Source: Hydrogenophaga intermedia | GTDB taxonomy: Bacteria > Pseudomonadota > Alphaproteobacteria > Rhizobiales > Beijerinckiaceae | Assembly (NCBI GenBank): GCA_943370645.1 | Contig: CALRRR020000012.1 | Span: 7,852 to 71,851 of the forward strand | DNA length: 64,000 nucleotides | Reading direction: 5' to 3' | Shown: positions 37,165 to 46,533 of the stretch, one piece after another | Layout of the letters: the number at the start of each line of letters is the position of its first letter | How positions within the stretch are numbered: position 1 is the stretch's first letter | Notes under the pieces: generated by a model | Seen by the model: only the letters and a program-made list of their open reading frames with translations | The model's database searches: none | What the model was told of the DNA's origin: nothing | Translations under genes and position numbers: made by a program

Positions 37165-37252
37165 TGGTGCGGACAGCGGGGGTCGAACCCGCACGGTTTT
37201 TGAGGCCGAGGGATTTTAAGTCCCTTGCGTCTACCAGTTTCGCCATGTCCGC
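37165..37252 (-). tRNA. tRNA-Leu (anticodon UAA), CCA encoded
   Basis: The minus strand reads GCGGACATGGCGAAACTGGTAGACGCAAGGGACTTAAAATCCCTCGGCCTCAAAAACCGTGCGGGTTCGACCCCCGCTGTCCGCACCA. It has a 7-bp acceptor stem (GCGGACA/TGTCCGC), anticodon arm AGGGA-CTTAAAA-TCCCT, a long variable arm, and T-arm GCGGG-TTCGACC-CCCGC. Confidence 0.9.
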
Positions 37253-37363
37253 ATTCAGATGGTCCAGCAGCTGCCGCCATCAGCAGGCAGCGACCAGTTT
37301 GAGGGTTAGCGCAGCCGGCGGCGCATGGAAAGATGCGCAGGTGTCGGTCCGTCTGGCGCAGCC

Positions 37364-38932
37364 CTACAGCAAGGTGCGCATGGTCTGCGCCAGATCACGC
37401 GTGGCTGTGTAATCGACCTTCCCCGAGCCGAGCACCGGAATGGTCTGGGTGACGAGAATGGCGCGCGGAATCCACAGCTCCGGATAGCCTTGGGCCTGCG
37501 CTTCCTTGAGCAGCGCCTTGCGGTCGCCATCCGGCTTCTCTGTGACGAGCACGAGTTGCTCGCCCTTCTTCGGGTCGGGCAGCGAGACGACCACATGGTT
37601 GTGCCCCGGCCAGAGCGAGGAGACCATGCTCTCGACTGCCGCCAGCGAGATCATCTCGCCGCCAAGCTTGGCAAAGCGCTTGGCGCGGCCCTTGATGCTG
37701 ACGAAGCCGGCCTCGTCGATGTCGACGATGTCGCCGGTGTCATGCCAGCCCCCGTCTGGCGCCACGATCGTGTTCGGCCGGTCCGCCAGCAGGTAGCCCA
37801 TCATGACGTTGGGGCCCTGCACGAACAGCCGCCCGCCCGTGTCGATGCCCTCGACCTTGTCGAGCCGGTGGGCGATGCCCGGCAGCATGCGCCCGACCGA
37901 GCCGTGGCGCGCGCCTTCTCCAATGGTGTTGCAGGTCAGCACGGGCGCGCATTCGGTGCAGCCGTAGCCCTCGCAGATAATGGCCCCATAGGGCTCCCAC
38001 ATGCGACGAGTCTCGTCCTTGACGCGCTCGGCACCGGCGATCACGATTCTGACCGTCTTCAGGTCAGCCTCGTCGGCGGCGCGGGCATAGCCTTGCAGGA
38101 AGGTGTCGGTTCCCAACAGCACGGTGCAGGCGGTTTCGCCGATCAGCTTGGGCACCTGCTTGTAGTGCAGCGGGGTTGGATACATCACCACCTTCATGCC
38201 GTTCAGCAGCGGCATCAGCGTGGCCGCCGTCAGCCCGAACGAATGAAACACCGGCAGCGGGTTCATCACCACATCGTTCGCACTCAGCATGCCGTCGGCA
38301 TGGGCGAAGATCTGCATCGCGTTGGCCACCAGATTGGCGTGGCTCAGCACCACGCCCTTGGGCTGCCCTTCGGTGCCGGAGGTGAACAGCACCACCGCCT
38401 CGCTGTCCACATCCAGTTTCGCGCCGATGGTCGAGCGCGGGGTGAGACTGGCGAATGCGCCGATGATCTTGTCGAGGCTGGTGATCTGCTTGCGCACATC
38501 CTCAAGGTAGATGACGCGGCGGCCCTGTTCGAGGGCGGCGACCACGTCATCGAGCTTGCCCTGATCGACGAAACGTCGCGACGTCACGATGGTGCGGACG
38601 TCGCCGACCTCGCAGGCTGCACGCAGGTTCTTCAACCCGGCCGTGAAGTTGAGCATGGCCGGCACGCGGCCAAAGGCGGTCAGCCCGAACACGGTGACGG
38701 CGATGCCCTGCACATTGGGCAGCAGCACGCCGACCCGTTCGGCATTGGCGGTCAGATCGCGCAGCTTCGCGCCCAGCACCAGCGCGCCCAGCACCAGCCT
38801 GCCATAGGTCAGCGGGCTGCGCTCGGGGTCTTCCAGAATGATCTTGTTCTTGCCATGGGCCGAGACGGCATCGAGCAGGGCAGACCAGAGCGTGCGCCGC
38901 GTGCGCGCGACGGAGAATTCAATGCCGGCCAT
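37364..38932 (-). CDS. AMP-binding (acyl-CoA / acyl-ACP synthetase-like) enzyme
   Basis: 522 aa with VLFTSGTEGQPKGV and GWHDTGDIVDIDEAGFVSIKGRAKR. It resembles the acyl-ACP synthetase half of Aas-type proteins and lacks an acyltransferase domain. Confidence 0.7.
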   Translation of the reverse strand: MAGIEFSVARTRRTLWSALLDAVSAHGKNKIILEDPERSPLTYGRLVLGALVLGAKLRDLTANAERVGVLLPNVQGIAVTVFGLTAFGRVPAMLNFTAGLKNLRAACEVGDVRTIVTSRRFVDQGKLDDVVAALEQGRRVIYLEDVRKQITSLDKIIGAFASLTPRSTIGAKLDVDSEAVVLFTSGTEGQPKGVVLSHANLVANAMQIFAHADGMLSANDVVMNPLPVFHSFGLTAATLMPLLNGMKVVMYPTPLHYKQVPKLIGETACTVLLGTDTFLQGYARAADEADLKTVRIVIAGAERVKDETRRMWEPYGAIICEGYGCTECAPVLTCNTIGEGARHGSVGRMLPGIAHRLDKVEGIDTGGRLFVQGPNVMMGYLLADRPNTIVAPDGGWHDTGDIVDIDEAGFVSIKGRAKRFAKLGGEMISLAAVESMVSSLWPGHNHVVVSLPDPKKGEQLVLVTEKPDGDRKALLKEAQAQGYPELWIPRAILVTQTIPVLGSGKVDYTATRDLAQTMRTLL

Positions 38933-39072
38933 TGATGGCTTCGCTTTCGTTGGGCGTTCCTCTTGGCCGGGAAGCTAGAAGAAAGCGGCGGGCAGGGGAA
39001 GGGCTGACTTGGAGGGTGAAGCGGCGCTTTCTCCGGGTTTCATACTGTCAACCGAAAGCGACCCCGGCCCCT

Positions 39073-39097
39073 TCGAAAGGTCCACCGGACCTTTCGA
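39073..39097 (-). terminator. Stem-loop downstream of gpt (possible terminator, no clear U-run)
   Basis: TCGAAAGGTCC-acc-GGACCTTTCGA forms an 11-bp perfect stem 22 nt past the gpt stop. Confidence 0.35.
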
Positions 39098-39118
39098 TCC
39101 GCTGCGCGGACCGGGCCC

Positions 39119-39628
39119 TTACCCCTTGGTTTCCTTGGCGATTGGCTCGACGTAGGTCATGCCCATGTCCCAGGGGAAATAGATCCAGGTGTCCTGGCTG
39201 ACTTCCGTGACGAAGGTGTCGACAAGGGGGCGGCCTTCGGGCTTGGCATAGACCGTGGCAATGTGGGCGTTGGGCAGCATTTCGCGCACGACGCGGGCCG
39301 TCTTGCCGGTGTCGACGAGGTCGTCGAGCACCAGCACGCCCTTGCCCTTGCCATCGCCGATGGCGCGGATCGAGGGCGCGATATCCTTGACGATCATCAG
39401 TTCGGACTGGTTCTTGTAGTCATGGTAGCTGGCGATGCCGATGGTCTCGATCACGCGCAGGCCAAGCTCGCGGCAGACAATGGCCGCCGGCACCAGCCCG
39501 CCACGGGTGATGCAGACGATAGCCTCGAACGGCCCTGCATCGGCCAGCCGCCAGGCCAGCGCGCGGGCGTCGCGGTGGAACTGGTCCCACGAGACGGGAA
39601 AGGCTTTGGGGGACATGGGGCTGGCCAT
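39119..39628 (-). CDS. gpt: Xanthine-guanine phosphoribosyltransferase
   Basis: From ATG 39628 it reads [19 protein letters not shown]...[15 protein letters not shown]...[13 protein letters not shown]...WIYFPWD. Confidence 0.88.
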   Translation of the reverse strand: MASPMSPKAFPVSWDQFHRDARALAWRLADAGPFEAIVCITRGGLVPAAIVCRELGLRVIETIGIASYHDYKNQSELMIVKDIAPSIRAIGDGKGKGVLVLDDLVDTGKTARVVREMLPNAHIATVYAKPEGRPLVDTFVTEVSQDTWIYFPWDMGMTYVEPIAKETKG

Positions 39629-39724
39629 GATGCTGCGGCTCCGCTGGCTGAGATGTGCCCTGATGCCAAAGCGCAATTGCGCCACGGTCGCAAGGGGCGG
39701 GCGGTTCTGTTAAACGGTTTTTCC

Positions 39725-40150
39725 ATGATCAGGATCACACGCTCGCTGGCCATCGACCCGGCGGACCTGTCCGAGAGCTTCGTGCGCTCGTCGGGGCCGG
39801 GCGGGCAGAATGTCAACAAGCTCTCGACGGCGGTGCAGCTGCGCTATCCGGTCGACAGGCTTGCCGGCATGCCGGCGGATATGCGCGAGCGTCTTGCCGT
39901 GCTCGCCGGGCGGCGGCTGACGGCCGATGGCGAACTGATCATCATCGCCGAGCGCTTCCGCACGCAGGTGCAGAACCGCGAGGATGCGCTGGCGCGGCTC
40001 GTGGCGCTGTTCAAGGAAGCGTCGGTGCGGCCCAAGGCCCGCATCGCGACACGGCCCACCCGTGCCTCGAAGGTCCGGCGCGTCGAGGGCAAGGTCAAGC
40101 GCGGCGCCATCAAGCGCGCCCGCGGCGGCCCGGCACAGGATGACCATTGA
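39725..40150 (+). CDS. arfB: Alternative ribosome-rescue factor ArfB (GGQ peptidyl-tRNA hydrolase)
   Basis: 141 aa from ATG 39725 with SGPGGQNVNKLSTAV and a basic C-terminal tail (KVRRVEGKVKRGAIKRARG). Confidence 0.88.
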   Translation: MIRITRSLAIDPADLSESFVRSSGPGGQNVNKLSTAVQLRYPVDRLAGMPADMRERLAVLAGRRLTADGELIIIAERFRTQVQNREDALARLVALFKEASVRPKARIATRPTRASKVRRVEGKVKRGAIKRARGGPAQDDH

Positions 40151-40258
40151 GGGGCGCAGCAAGGCTGCAACGGCCGCCTTCGAGCGAAGTCTGCCACAGA
40201 CCGGCCCTGACCGGCTGACAGAAGCGCTGTTCTCCGAAACCTGTGTGGATCAATCCAC

Positions 40259-40297
40259 GGTTGCATTTTAAGATTTGGTTCACGCAAAAATGCAACC
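40259..40297. promoter_or_regulatory. AT-rich inverted repeat (11-bp arms) upstream of the GGDEF-EAL gene
   Basis: The sequence is GGTTGCATTTT-N17-AAAATGCAACC. It lies 31 nt upstream of ATG 40328 and 109 nt after the arfB stop. It could be an operator or a stem-loop. Confidence 0.4.
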
Positions 40298-40327
40298 TTA
40301 TGGCGAGTTGTTGAAAGTCACTCGCCC

Positions 40328-43300
40328 ATGGTCAAATCGATCAGCGCCAAATTCGCGGCGCCGTTCCTGCTGTTCCTGTTGCCCATCGCGTTCCTCCTGT
40401 TCTTCCTTGTCAGCACCCATGACAGGGGCATTGCGACGGCAAACAACGAAATCTCGGGGCTGCCTGGCATCGGCGCGGCGCTGGATCTGAGCAGGGCCAT
40501 TCTGCGTGCGTCTGGCCGGAGTGCGGCCAGTGAGGCGGGAACCGCGCCGGGCGACGACATGGTGATGGCTGCGGTTCATGCGGCGGCAAGGGTGGCGGAG
40601 GCGATCTTTGCGCGGGAGGCTGGCCTGCGCGCTGGCAGCGACCATGCGCAGAGTCTCTTGCAGCAAGGGAACAGAATAGCCCGGCAACTCCAGGGCAAGA
40701 CCAGCATCGAGCCGGAACAGGCCACGCAGGCGATCGAGCAACTGGCCGCGCTTGTGAGCGCCATCGGCGATGTCTCGGAGCTGATTCTCGATCCAGACCT
40801 CGATACCTACTATCTGATGGACATGCTGGTGAATCACGAGCCGAAGAGCCTCGTGCTGCTGGCTGATCTGCGGCGCGAGGAGCTTGCCGCCACCAGATCA
40901 GACGGCCTTCGGCCTGATGTCCATGCACGAACCGTCGGTTATCAGCGGGCCTTGCAGGGCCTGCTGTTGAGTGCGGAACGGGCGCACGATGCGCTGGTCC
41001 GCCACGCGCGCGACGAGCAGGTGACCGCGCGTGTCACGCCGCCGTTCCGCAGCTATGCCGCTTTGCTGGACAATTTCGATGTGGGCCGGGGAACGACAGC
41101 CCAGACGGGCGTCACGGACGTGTTCCTGCCAGAATTGCTCGACGCCGGGAGCAAACTGCAGCACGCAACGACCGGCGAACTGACGCGGCTGCTGTCGCAC
41201 AGGATTGATACCATCAGGCGGGCGCGCGACCGCCAGATCGTGCTGTCCCTGGTCATGTTTGCGCTGGCTGTCGTCGCGATGCTGCTGTTGCTGTCATTCC
41301 TCGTCAACCGGCCGGTGCGAAACCTGACGCGGGCGATGCTGGCTCTGGCCAGGGGCAATGTGAACATCCAGCTCGATCTGGTCGATCGCAGCGATGAGGT
41401 CGGAGCGATGAGCCGGGCCGTCACGGTGTTCCGCGACAATGCCATTCGCAAGCAGATGCTGGAAGCGCGGGCCAGGCACGATGCGCAGGCGCTGGAATTG
41501 ACCGCTAGCACCCTGCAGCGGGCCGAGCGCATCGGCAACATGGGCAATTGGCGGCATGACTTTGCTGACAACAGCACGATCTGGTCGGCGCAGCTTCTCG
41601 ACATGACAGGCTTCGATCCCGAGCTGGGGCAGCCTCGTTTCCAGGCAGTTCTCGACCGGACCGAGCCGGAAGACAGGGACAAGTTGCGCGCTTTGCTGTC
41701 AGAGGCTGCCGATGCGCTCGGACAGCGCGAGACCATGATCCGCTTTCTGCATCTGGAAAGGGGATTGCGCCATTTCCGGATTGTGGTTCAGACCGAGACC
41801 GACGCCGACGCCGTAGAACAACTGAAGAGCATGGTCGGGGCGGTCCATGACATCACGGCGCTGAAGGACAACGAACGCAAGCTCGAGGCGCGCATCGAGG
41901 CGCTGGCAGAAGCACAGGCCATGGGGCGGATCGGCAGCTGGTCATGCCGGCTCGGCGAGCAGCGGATCGAATGGTCTGATGATATTCGCCAACTGCTCCG
42001 CCTCGACGTTTCAACCCGCTTGCTAGGCCGGACTGACCTGCTGGCACGCTGCGTCGGCGAAAGCGCGCGGATGCTGCTCGAGGCGGAAGCCGAGGTGGTG
42101 CGCACGCGCGGGGTAAAGTCGATCGATGTCACCCTGCAACGCGGTGATGGCTCGCTGGGTGATTTCACCCTGACCAGCAAGCTCGAGATCAACCGGGATG
42201 GTTTGGCCATCGGGCTCTATGGCACGCTTCAGGACATCTCCGAGCGCAAGAATGCCGAACGCGAGCTGGAAAAGCTCGCTTATTACGATCCGTTGTCAGG
42301 GCTGGCGAACCGGGCCCTGTTTCAACGAGCTATCCGCCGAGCCATCGACGAAGCCCGGGCCAACGACCGCAGCGGCACCTTGCTTTTGCTGGACCTCGAC
42401 CGTTTCAAGGAGGTCAACGATAGCCTCGGCCACCATGCCGGCGATGAGCTGCTGATCAAGGTCAGCGAATTGCTGCGCCGGAGGCTGCCGCAGGAGGCAT
42501 TCCTGGCACGGCTCGGCGGCGACGAGTTCGCGGCCATTCTGGGTGCCTGCGACCGTGACGGCGCGATGCAGATTGCTCGCTCCCTCATCGCGCTTCTGGC
42601 CACGCCGATCCAGCTCAGCATGGGAGAGGTCTCGATCGGCACGTCGATCGGCATTGCGATGATCGTCGAGGACGGCACGACGCCGGATGAGCTGCTTGGG
42701 CATGCAGACCTGGCTCTCTACCAGGCCAAGGATGGTGGGCGTGCCTGCGCCGAGTTCTTCCACCCGGCCATGTCGGAATTCGCCCAGGACAAGATCATGC
42801 TGGCGCGCGATCTTGCCCATGCCATCCGTGCCGACAAGGAACTTTATCTCGTCTACCAGCCGCAGGTCGACCTTGCCAGCGGTTGCGTCACCGGCTTCGA
42901 GGCGCTGTTGCGCTGGGAGCATCCGGTGCGCGGCAATGTTCCACCCTCGGACTTCGTGCCGATCGCCGAGAGCTCCAAGCTGATCAGCGATCTGGGCCAA
43001 TGGGTGCTGCGCGCCGCCTGCCGCCAGATCCGGGACTGGCGCGATGCCGGCCATCCGCTGCGCGAAGTGGCGATAAACGTATCGGCGGCGCAGTTCTGGC
43101 ATTCGGACATGGAAAAGGACATTGCCCGCGCGCTGGCGGAGGTGGATATCGCGCCGCAATTGCTGTGCATCGAGGTCACGGAGAGCGTGTTCGTCCGCGA
43201 GGCCGAGGGGCGCGTGCGCCGGGCGCTCGACCAGATCCGCAAGCTTGGCGTACAACTGGCGCTCGATGATTTCGGCACCGGTTATTCGTCGCTGGCCTAT

Positions 43301-43597
43301 CTCAACCGCTTTCCCTTCGACAAGCTCAAGGTTGACCGCAGTTTCATCGACCATGTCGACCTCGACCCGGAACGCCTGAAGCTGTTGCAGGGCATCGTCA
43401 GCATGGCGCGGGCGCTGGGCAAGCGCACCATCGCAGAAGGGGCCGACCGCAGCGCCGAAGTGGCGGTGTTGGCCTCGCTGGGATGCGATCTGGTGCAGGG
43501 CTATTTCTATTCGCGGCCGCTGCGCGCGGAGGAAGCAATGGCCCGTGCTTCGGAACTGGAGGAAGCGGCCCTGGGACAAGGAACCCAGGCAGCCTGA
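40328..43597 (+). CDS. Membrane sensor diguanylate cyclase / phosphodiesterase (periplasmic domain-HAMP-PAS-PAS-GGDEF-EAL)
   Basis: 1089 aa with TM segments at about aa 9-30 and about aa 300-325. It has HAMP (RPVRNLTRAMLALARGN...DEVGAMSRAV), two PAS-like blocks, GGDEF (RLGGDEFAAIL), and EAL signatures (FEALLRWEHP, DDFGTGYSSL, KVDRSF, QGYFYSRP). Confidence 0.85.
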   Translation: MVKSISAKFAAPFLLFLLPIAFLLFFLVSTHDRGIATANNEISGLPGIGAALDLSRAILRASGRSAASEAGTAPGDDMVMAAVHAAARVAEAIFAREAGLRAGSDHAQSLLQQGNRIARQLQGKTSIEPEQATQAIEQLAALVSAIGDVSELILDPDLDTYYLMDMLVNHEPKSLVLLADLRREELAATRSDGLRPDVHARTVGYQRALQGLLLSAERAHDALVRHARDEQVTARVTPPFRSYAALLDNFDVGRGTTAQTGVTDVFLPELLDAGSKLQHATTGELTRLLSHRIDTIRRARDRQIVLSLVMFALAVVAMLLLLSFLVNRPVRNLTRAMLALARGNVNIQLDLVDRSDEVGAMSRAVTVFRDNAIRKQMLEARARHDAQALELTASTLQRAERIGNMGNWRHDFADNSTIWSAQLLDMTGFDPELGQPRFQAVLDRTEPEDRDKLRALLSEAADALGQRETMIRFLHLERGLRHFRIVVQTETDADAVEQLKSMVGAVHDITALKDNERKLEARIEALAEAQAMGRIGSWSCRLGEQRIEWSDDIRQLLRLDVSTRLLGRTDLLARCVGESARMLLEAEAEVVRTRGVKSIDVTLQRGDGSLGDFTLTSKLEINRDGLAIGLYGTLQDISERKNAERELEKLAYYDPLSGLANRALFQRAIRRAIDEARANDRSGTLLLLDLDRFKEVNDSLGHHAGDELLIKVSELLRRRLPQEAFLARLGGDEFAAILGACDRDGAMQIARSLIALLATPIQLSMGEVSIGTSIGIAMIVEDGTTPDELLGHADLALYQAKDGGRACAEFFHPAMSEFAQDKIMLARDLAHAIRADKELYLVYQPQVDLASGCVTGFEALLRWEHPVRGNVPPSDFVPIAESSKLISDLGQWVLRAACRQIRDWRDAGHPLREVAINVSAAQFWHSDMEKDIARALAEVDIAPQLLCIEVTESVFVREAEGRVRRALDQIRKLGVQLALDDFGTGYSSLAYLNRFPFDKLKVDRSFIDHVDLDPERLKLLQGIVSMARALGKRTIAEGADRSAEVAVLASLGCDLVQGYFYSRPLRAEEAMARASELEEAALGQGTQAA

Positions 43598-43643
43598 GCC
43601 TCTGGCCGGTGATGCCCACGTCCTGGTAATGCGGGAAAAAGGC

Positions 43644-43689
43644 GGGTCCGGCCTTCCGGCAGATGCGGCTCTGCCGAAACGCCGGACCC
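43644..43689 (+). terminator. Compound GC-rich hairpin downstream of the GGDEF-EAL gene
   Basis: The structure is GGGTCCGGC-cttc-CGGCAG-atgcggct-CTGCCG-aaac-GCCGGACCC, followed by TGTTTGCG. It lies in a convergent gap. Confidence 0.45.
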
Positions 43690-43832
43690 TGTTTGCGAAA
43701 CCCGGTCCGGGACGGGTGGGGTGGGACGTGACCGGACTTCGCAATTCCTGTTGTTGCCCAGATTCCCGGGCTATCAATGTCCTGCGGTTGGCGATCGCCC
43801 GACGGGCGTCCCGAGCCGCAGGCAGCCTTGCT

Positions 43833-44507
43833 TCAGCGCAGTGCCATCTGCGGGCCGGTGACGCCGCCGAGGGCGACCCATTCCTGCCGGTCCTGGCTTT
43901 CGCGCTTGATGAAGACGTAACCTGTCTGGTGCCAGGCGAGGACGGCGTTGCGCTTGTTGTCGAGGATGAAGTCACCCTTGTCGGTGCGCAGCATCAGCAC
44001 GGCGTGGCCGGCATTCTCCTCGTCGATCACCACCACGACGCGCAGGGCCCGGCGTGGGATGCCGGCTTCCACCAGCCGCTTGCGCTTGATGTTGACATAT
44101 TCCTCGCAGTCACCGCGACCATCCTCGGCCATGTCCCAGCGCTCGATGATGCCCCAGTGATCCATGTCGGTCACGGGCTCGATCTCGTTGTTGACCTTGA
44201 CATTGACGGACGTCACCGTCTTCCAGACCCGGCTGGTGAGCTCCACCTTGTCGGGTTCGGCGGGGTTGACGCTGCATTCGGCCGCATAGGCGCGGTTGGC
44301 GCAGAACTGAACCCAGCCGATCGGCGGGCGCGTGTCACCGGAGCGGGCCACCTGGAGGCTCGTTGCCGGGCTCAGTGCGCCGGTCGTGACCGGGCCCTGA
44401 CGATTGGTCTGTGCTTGCGCTGAGGTCGTTGCCACTGCGCTGATGATGAGGCTGGCTGCCGCAGCTGCCTTGATCCACCCCGGAATAAGTCCATGCTTCT
44501 TTGGCAT
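43833..44507 (-). CDS. Periplasmic transglutaminase-like cysteine protease (BTLCP / LapG-type)
   Basis: ATG 44507 is preceded by AGGAGA. It has a signal peptide (IKAAAAASLIISAVATTSAQA) and the Cys-His-Asp triad context GDCEEYVNIKRKRL ... GHAVLMLRTDKGDFILDN. Confidence 0.8.
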   Translation of the reverse strand: MPKKHGLIPGWIKAAAAASLIISAVATTSAQAQTNRQGPVTTGALSPATSLQVARSGDTRPPIGWVQFCANRAYAAECSVNPAEPDKVELTSRVWKTVTSVNVKVNNEIEPVTDMDHWGIIERWDMAEDGRGDCEEYVNIKRKRLVEAGIPRRALRVVVVIDEENAGHAVLMLRTDKGDFILDNKRNAVLAWHQTGYVFIKRESQDRQEWVALGGVTGPQMALR

Positions 44508-44580
44508 GTGATCTCTCCTGTCCCTGTCCACGGGTTGGGAGATCGCACGGCAAATTGCTGGATCGACTGACCGAAATACC

Positions 44581-44595
44581 TCGCATTTTATGCAA
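44581..44595. promoter_or_regulatory. AT-rich palindrome upstream of the BTLCP gene sharing half-sites with the 40259-40297 repeat
   Basis: TCGCATTTTATGCAA has a GCAT-TTT-ATGC core. It lies 74-88 nt upstream of BTLCP ATG 44507. Confidence 0.3.
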
Positions 44596-44810
44596 TTCAG
44601 CTCATCGCCCGGTTCCCAGGCATCTCGTTCCAGCCAGCGTAAATCGGCATTGAGGCGATTGGATCAAATTGTCGGCAATCGATTCAGGGCTTGCTGTTCG
44701 GGGCTTGGCTTGTGCTCTTCGGCGGGGCCTGCCAGAACGACGCGGTCATCGTCAGGGGCTGAGCTGCGCGGCATGCTGCGGGCCTGGCCTTCATCAAAAA
44801 GGTCGCGCCC

Positions 44811-45563
44811 ATGTCACGCATCGTTCTGATCACCGGAGGCAGCCGCGGCATCGGCGCTGCGACAGCGCGCCTCGCCGCTGCGCGCGGCTATGATGTCGCC
44901 ATCAGCTACCGGAGCGAACAGGCCCTGGCCGAAAACCTGGCCGCAGGTCTGGCCACCGAGACCGGCCAGCGTGTCATCGCTGTCCAGGCCGACACGGCAT
45001 CGCCCGATGATATTGCGCGGATGTTCTCGCAGGTCGATGCGCGGCTGGGACGTCTGACCGATCTGGTCAACAATGCCGGTGTGACGGGGCAGTCGAGCCG
45101 GCTCGATGCGGCCGATCCCGCCGTCATCCGCGATTGCATCGATATCAACGTGACCGGCGCGATCCTGGTGGCGCGCGAGGCTGCGCGGCGCATGGCCATG
45201 CGCCATGGCGGGGGAGGGGGCAGCATTGTCAACATCTCGTCGGTCGCGGCGCGGATCGGCAGTCCCGGCGAGTATGTCTGGTATGCGGCCTCGAAAGGCG
45301 CGATCGATGCGTTCACACTGGGGCTTGCCAAGGAACTGGCGATGGACGGGGTGCGCGTCAATGCAGTGTCCCCTGGCCTGATCGCCACGGACATCCACGC
45401 CCGCAGCACCGGCGATGCCGACCGGGTCGAGCGTATCCGCCCTAACATCCCGATGCAGCGCGTCGGCCTGCCCACAGAAATCGCCGAGACGGTGATGTTC
45501 CTGCTATCCGACGCCTCAAGCTACACGACCGGCGCCATCATCGACGTGAGCGGCGGCAGGTAG
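44811..45563 (+). CDS. Short-chain dehydrogenase/reductase (SDR)
   Basis: Has ITGGSRGIGAATA, NNAG and YAASKGA motifs. The protein is 250 aa. Confidence 0.85.
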   Translation: MSRIVLITGGSRGIGAATARLAAARGYDVAISYRSEQALAENLAAGLATETGQRVIAVQADTASPDDIARMFSQVDARLGRLTDLVNNAGVTGQSSRLDAADPAVIRDCIDINVTGAILVAREAARRMAMRHGGGGGSIVNISSVAARIGSPGEYVWYAASKGAIDAFTLGLAKELAMDGVRVNAVSPGLIATDIHARSTGDADRVERIRPNIPMQRVGLPTEIAETVMFLLSDASSYTTGAIIDVSGGR

Positions 45564-45631
45564 GATGGGGTGAGGTCAACCGACAGGCCGGTTCCGGCCC
45601 TGATCTAGTAGACTGCTGAAAAACGCGTCGG

Positions 45632-45761
45632 TCGTCATTGCGAGGAGCGCAGCGAGGAAGCAATCCAGCACTTGCAGCGTCAGACGTGCTGTTTTCTGCG
45701 CCAATTGCAGCCATTCCAGCGAGAAAGAGACTGGATTGCTTCGCTACGCTCGCAATGACGA
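45632..45761. repeat. REP/MITE-like inverted-repeat element in the SDR / PilZ convergent gap
   Basis: The left arm is TCGTCATTGCGAGGAGCGCAGCGAGGAAGCAATCCAG (45632-45668). The right arm is CTGGATTGCTTCGCTACGCTCGCAATGACGA (45731-45761), an imperfect reverse complement. The CATTGCGAG...GAAGCAATCC motif is a repeat type I recall as widespread in Bradyrhizobium/Rhodopseudomonas-like genomes. Confidence 0.6.
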
Positions 45762-45789
45762 ACTGGACGATGAGTTCTTCAACAGCCCG

Positions 45790-46392
45790 CTAAAGCTCGA
45801 TCTGCTCGATGCTGTCGACCACGAAGGCCTTCTGGAACTCGACCGCGTAACCGCCCTCGAACTTCCGGACCACTTTTGCCTGGGTCTTGCCGAGGATGAC
45901 CGGGTCGGTGATCATCAGCTTGACGTCGGCGCTGAAGGCGGCACCGGACAGGGACATGTCGAGCATCTTGACCGGAACTTCCGTGCCGTCCGACAGCGTG
46001 AGCACGATGCGTGTTGCCTTGGGCTGCACCCGGTCATGGCGGCGGTCTTCGGGAAGACCGAGCGCGGCCCGGTTGGCCAGCCAGGTCAATTGTGCGGCCA
46101 TCTTCTCGCGTTTGCGGCTGGTGGCAATCACGGTCATCCCGAAGCCATCTGCCGTGTGGCGGGCGATGTCGCCCTCGATCCGGCCGATGTGTTCGAGATA
46201 GACAATCACCCGCTCGCCGATCCTGCCCTTGACCGGGGCAGTGATGGCCAGTCCGCCCACCGACATGTCGACGCTCTGGCAGGGAAACTCCGTGCGGTTC
46301 GACAGCATGTAGCGACCGAGCAACGCGACCTTCACGCGCGCATGCCTGCGGCGTTCAATCGGTCTGGACGCGAGTTTGGGGGCTGCTGACAT
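45790..46392 (-). CDS. Tandem PilZ-domain protein (c-di-GMP effector)
   Basis: 200 aa with two complete motif pairs. The first is RRRHAR ... DMSVGG and the second is RRHDR ... DMSLSG, matching RxxxR and DxSxxG. Confidence 0.8.
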   Translation of the reverse strand: MSAAPKLASRPIERRRHARVKVALLGRYMLSNRTEFPCQSVDMSVGGLAITAPVKGRIGERVIVYLEHIGRIEGDIARHTADGFGMTVIATSRKREKMAAQLTWLANRAALGLPEDRRHDRVQPKATRIVLTLSDGTEVPVKMLDMSLSGAAFSADVKLMITDPVILGKTQAKVVRKFEGGYAVEFQKAFVVDSIEQIEL

Positions 46393-46533
46393 CGACCGCG
46401 CTGTTTCAGGAAGATCTTGATGATCATCCTAGGGTGCGCTTGGTTAACCATGCCTTACACGGGGCGATGTTTGCTCAAAGGTGATCCGCATTTCTGCTGA
46501 TCTGCGCATTTGGCACTGGAAAGTCGCAGTTGA

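Noticed and set aside
37140-37363. The tRNA-Leu locus as a possible genomic-island integration site
   Set aside because: There is no integrase, no partial tRNA 3'-end direct repeat and no compositional break on either side. The flanking genes are ordinary metabolic genes.
37325-38935. A 536-aa plus-strand ORF opposite the AMP-binding enzyme gene
   Set aside because: It is a shadow ORF with His/Arg/Gly/Asp-rich composition. The minus strand has the AMP-binding signature TSGTEGQPKG.
39671-39682. A GCGCAATTGCGC 12-bp perfect palindrome in the gpt / arfB gap
   Set aside because: It is short and GC-rich at the ends, so it is plausible by chance in this genome. There is no second copy or associated regulator, so it is not reported as a feature.
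42296-43975. A 559-aa minus-strand ORF opposite the GGDEF-EAL 3' half and the intergenic hairpin
   Set aside because: It is a shadow ORF. It crosses a convergent intergenic region and overlaps the BTLCP gene 3' end out of frame. It has no recognisable motifs.
40328-44507. Calling the GGDEF-EAL protein LapD and the BTLCP LapG
   Set aside because: The GGDEF and EAL motifs look catalytically intact, whereas LapD is degenerate. The protein is far longer and has PAS domains. No LapA-type adhesin or T1SS genes are in the window. Only the generic family names are justified.
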